Source: Acidimicrobiaceae bacterium | GTDB lineage: Bacteria > Actinomycetota > Acidimicrobiia > Acidimicrobiales > Ilumatobacteraceae | Direction of reading: 5' to 3' | DNA: 64,000 bases | Assembly (NCBI GenBank): GCA_016722025.1 | Contig: JADKGZ010000018.1 | Coordinates: 3,437 to 67,436, forward strand | Shown: piece by piece, positions 62,914 through 64,000 of the stretch | Layout of the letters: every line of letters begins with the position of its first letter | Numbering within the stretch: position 1 is the stretch's first letter | Notes under the pieces: model-generated | Database searches by the model: none | Seen by the model: the letters and a program-made list of their open reading frames with translations, nothing else | Told to the model about the DNA's origin: nothing | Made by a program: the position numbers and the translations under genes

Positions 62914-63736
62914 GCGCTCGGTAGCCGATCGGTGTCGCGCCCGACTCGGCCAGCAACGTGCGCAGGGTGGCATCGGCGGTGACCAACTCGTGGTCGTCGA
63001 TCCAGAGTGCGGCGGCGTCGGTGATGGCCCGCACCTCCGGAGTGTCGATGGACGGCTGGACGTGGATCTCGGTGACGCCCGCGGGCAAGCTGCGCACCGC
63101 GTCGTAGACCCGCTCGCGGCTACCCGCTCGCCAGTCGTGGTCGAAGTGATCGGGGAACACGACGCCTTCCTCCGCGGCCAACCGGCGGAAGGGGAACCCG
63201 GCCTGCTCGGCGGTGATGGTGGAAGGCAGGCGGATGGGCAGGCGGAACTCGCACGCGAGCTCGAGGTACACATCGAAGAACTCGGGTCGCAGCGTGATCA
63301 CCGAGAGGTGCGGCGCCAAGTGCGTGACATCGATGCCCCACGCCATCGCGCGTTCGATCTGCGCCCGGCACTCGCGCAACACCTCCGCCGGGTCGGCGTG
63401 CTGCCACAGATCGTCGACTTCGCGCGGGAAGCCGCCTTCGCCCGACAGCAATGACGGAGCGTGCGTGATGGGGCCGAAGCGGTAGGCCGCGTGCTCGCAG
63501 TTGAGCGTGAGGTGCACGCCGATGTCGTCGGTGGGTTGGCACCGAGCGGCCGCATCGCGTGCCCACGGAGCGGGCACCATCAGGCTCGCGCAGGTGGCGA
63601 CGCCGTGATGCAGCGCGTCGAGCACGCCCTCGTTGGCGGCGTGGCAGCTACCCAGGTCGTCGCAGGAGATGATGACCAGCCGTGCCTCGGGGCCGTACCC
63701 GAGTCGTTGGGCGAGAGAGCGTGAGGGCGCGGACAT
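62888..63736 (-). CDS. ChbG/YdjC-family carbohydrate deacetylase
   Basis: LVIISCDDLGSCHAANEGV...HLTLN is the YdjC pattern. Confidence 0.8.
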   Translation of the reverse strand: MSAPSRSLAQRLGYGPEARLVIISCDDLGSCHAANEGVLDALHHGVATCASLMVPAPWARDAAARCQPTDDIGVHLTLNCEHAAYRFGPITHAPSLLSGEGGFPREVDDLWQHADPAEVLRECRAQIERAMAWGIDVTHLAPHLSVITLRPEFFDVYLELACEFRLPIRLPSTITAEQAGFPFRRLAAEEGVVFPDHFDHDWRAGSRERVYDAVRSLPAGVTEIHVQPSIDTPEVRAITDAAALWIDDHELVTADATLRTLLAESGATPIGYRALRDAMRAG

Positions 63737-63747
63737 CGTTGCGAACG

Positions 63748-64000
63748 CTATCCGCTGCACCCGGCCCACAGGCCCAGGTCGGCGGCCTCCGCAGTTCGGG
63801 CGGCGGCAACGAACTGGTCGGCGTGGGCCACGTTGGGCGCGATGGTGAGCGGCAGCGCGTACCCCTGACCGATGATCTCCATGTTCACGAACAAGCCGTC
63901 GTCGCTGCGGTACACGTAGGCCAGCAACCTGCCGTAGGCGTCGCGTGCCTCGACATCGCGTTCGAGGTGCAGCGAGGTGCCTTCAGGAAGCAGCGATCTG
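63748..64000 (-). CDS. thermonuclease (SNase-like) family protein, C-terminal part (CDS runs off the window end)
   Basis: The reverse frame reads ...DAYGRLLAYVY...DGLFVNMEIIGQGYA...A...AEAADLGLWAGCSG and stops at the TAG at 63748-63750. Confidence 0.7.
   Translation of the reverse strand, partial: RSLLPEGTSLHLERDVEARDAYGRLLAYVYRSDDGLFVNMEIIGQGYALPLTIAPNVAHADQFVAAARTAEAADLGLWAGCSG

Noticed and set aside
1-64000. Mobile elements, prophage or defence islands (transposases, integrases, restriction-modification, cas, toxin-antitoxin pairs)
   Set aside because: No ORF in any frame shows DDE/tyrosine/serine recombinase, methyltransferase or Cas signatures. Only an orphan PIN and a DUF559/AbiEi-like gene were seen. 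tRNA and rRNA genes were likewise not detected by eye.

Overview
High-G+C, actinobacterial-type chromosomal segment (third codon positions are almost all G/C, and Arg/Pro/Gly-rich shadow ORFs run on every strand). I can support about 65 protein genes and no rRNA, tRNA, CRISPR array, transposase or integrase. The content is mostly housekeeping and accessory metabolism:
- hrpA 5' end, a cytochrome c, and a triple-FAS1 lipoprotein.
- A sulfur locus: DUF2892, an ECF sigma factor with an RsrA-like ZAS anti-sigma factor, and a converging CstB-like persulfide dioxygenase-rhodanese fusion, single-domain rhodanese and TauE exporter.
- pepN, followed by a nucleoside/purine-pyrimidine salvage neighbourhood: PfkB adenosine kinase, PGM2-type phosphomutase, upp, add, queF and a BMP-type nucleoside ABC transporter.
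- Two crotonases.
- A form II (AYRGAGR) CoxSLM molybdoenzyme. Its accessory genes (coxD, coxE, split xdhC, mocA, coxG) are scattered over 14 kb.
- An NlpC/P60 peptidase behind a long structured leader.
- A PAS-GGDEF-EAL protein, a rhomboid and a CPBP protease, mca, and a thermonuclease 3' end.

Most interesting observations:
1. An identical 18-nt element (AATACCCCCGGGGGTATA, containing a perfect 16-bp palindrome) occurs twice and brackets the sulfur locus. In one copy it forms exactly the 18-nt spacer of a GGAAT-N18-GTT (SigR/SigH-type) promoter, next to an ECF sigma / RsrA-like anti-sigma pair.
2. At least five conserved genes (MMPL, acyl-CoA ligase, DUF459 SGNH, a hypothetical, coxS) are broken by single-nucleotide frameshifts. 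A sixth (paiB) lacks its stop. This points either to assembly indel errors or to real gene decay.
3. A candidate ydaO/c-di-AMP riboswitch lies upstream of NlpC/P60.
4. Several unexplained repeats: a 38-39-nt intergenic element in two copies, 63-nt direct repeats flanking a DUF559 gene, a 31-bp tandem array, and many short in-frame tandem repeats.

All functional calls come from motif and family recognition by eye. No database search was run.
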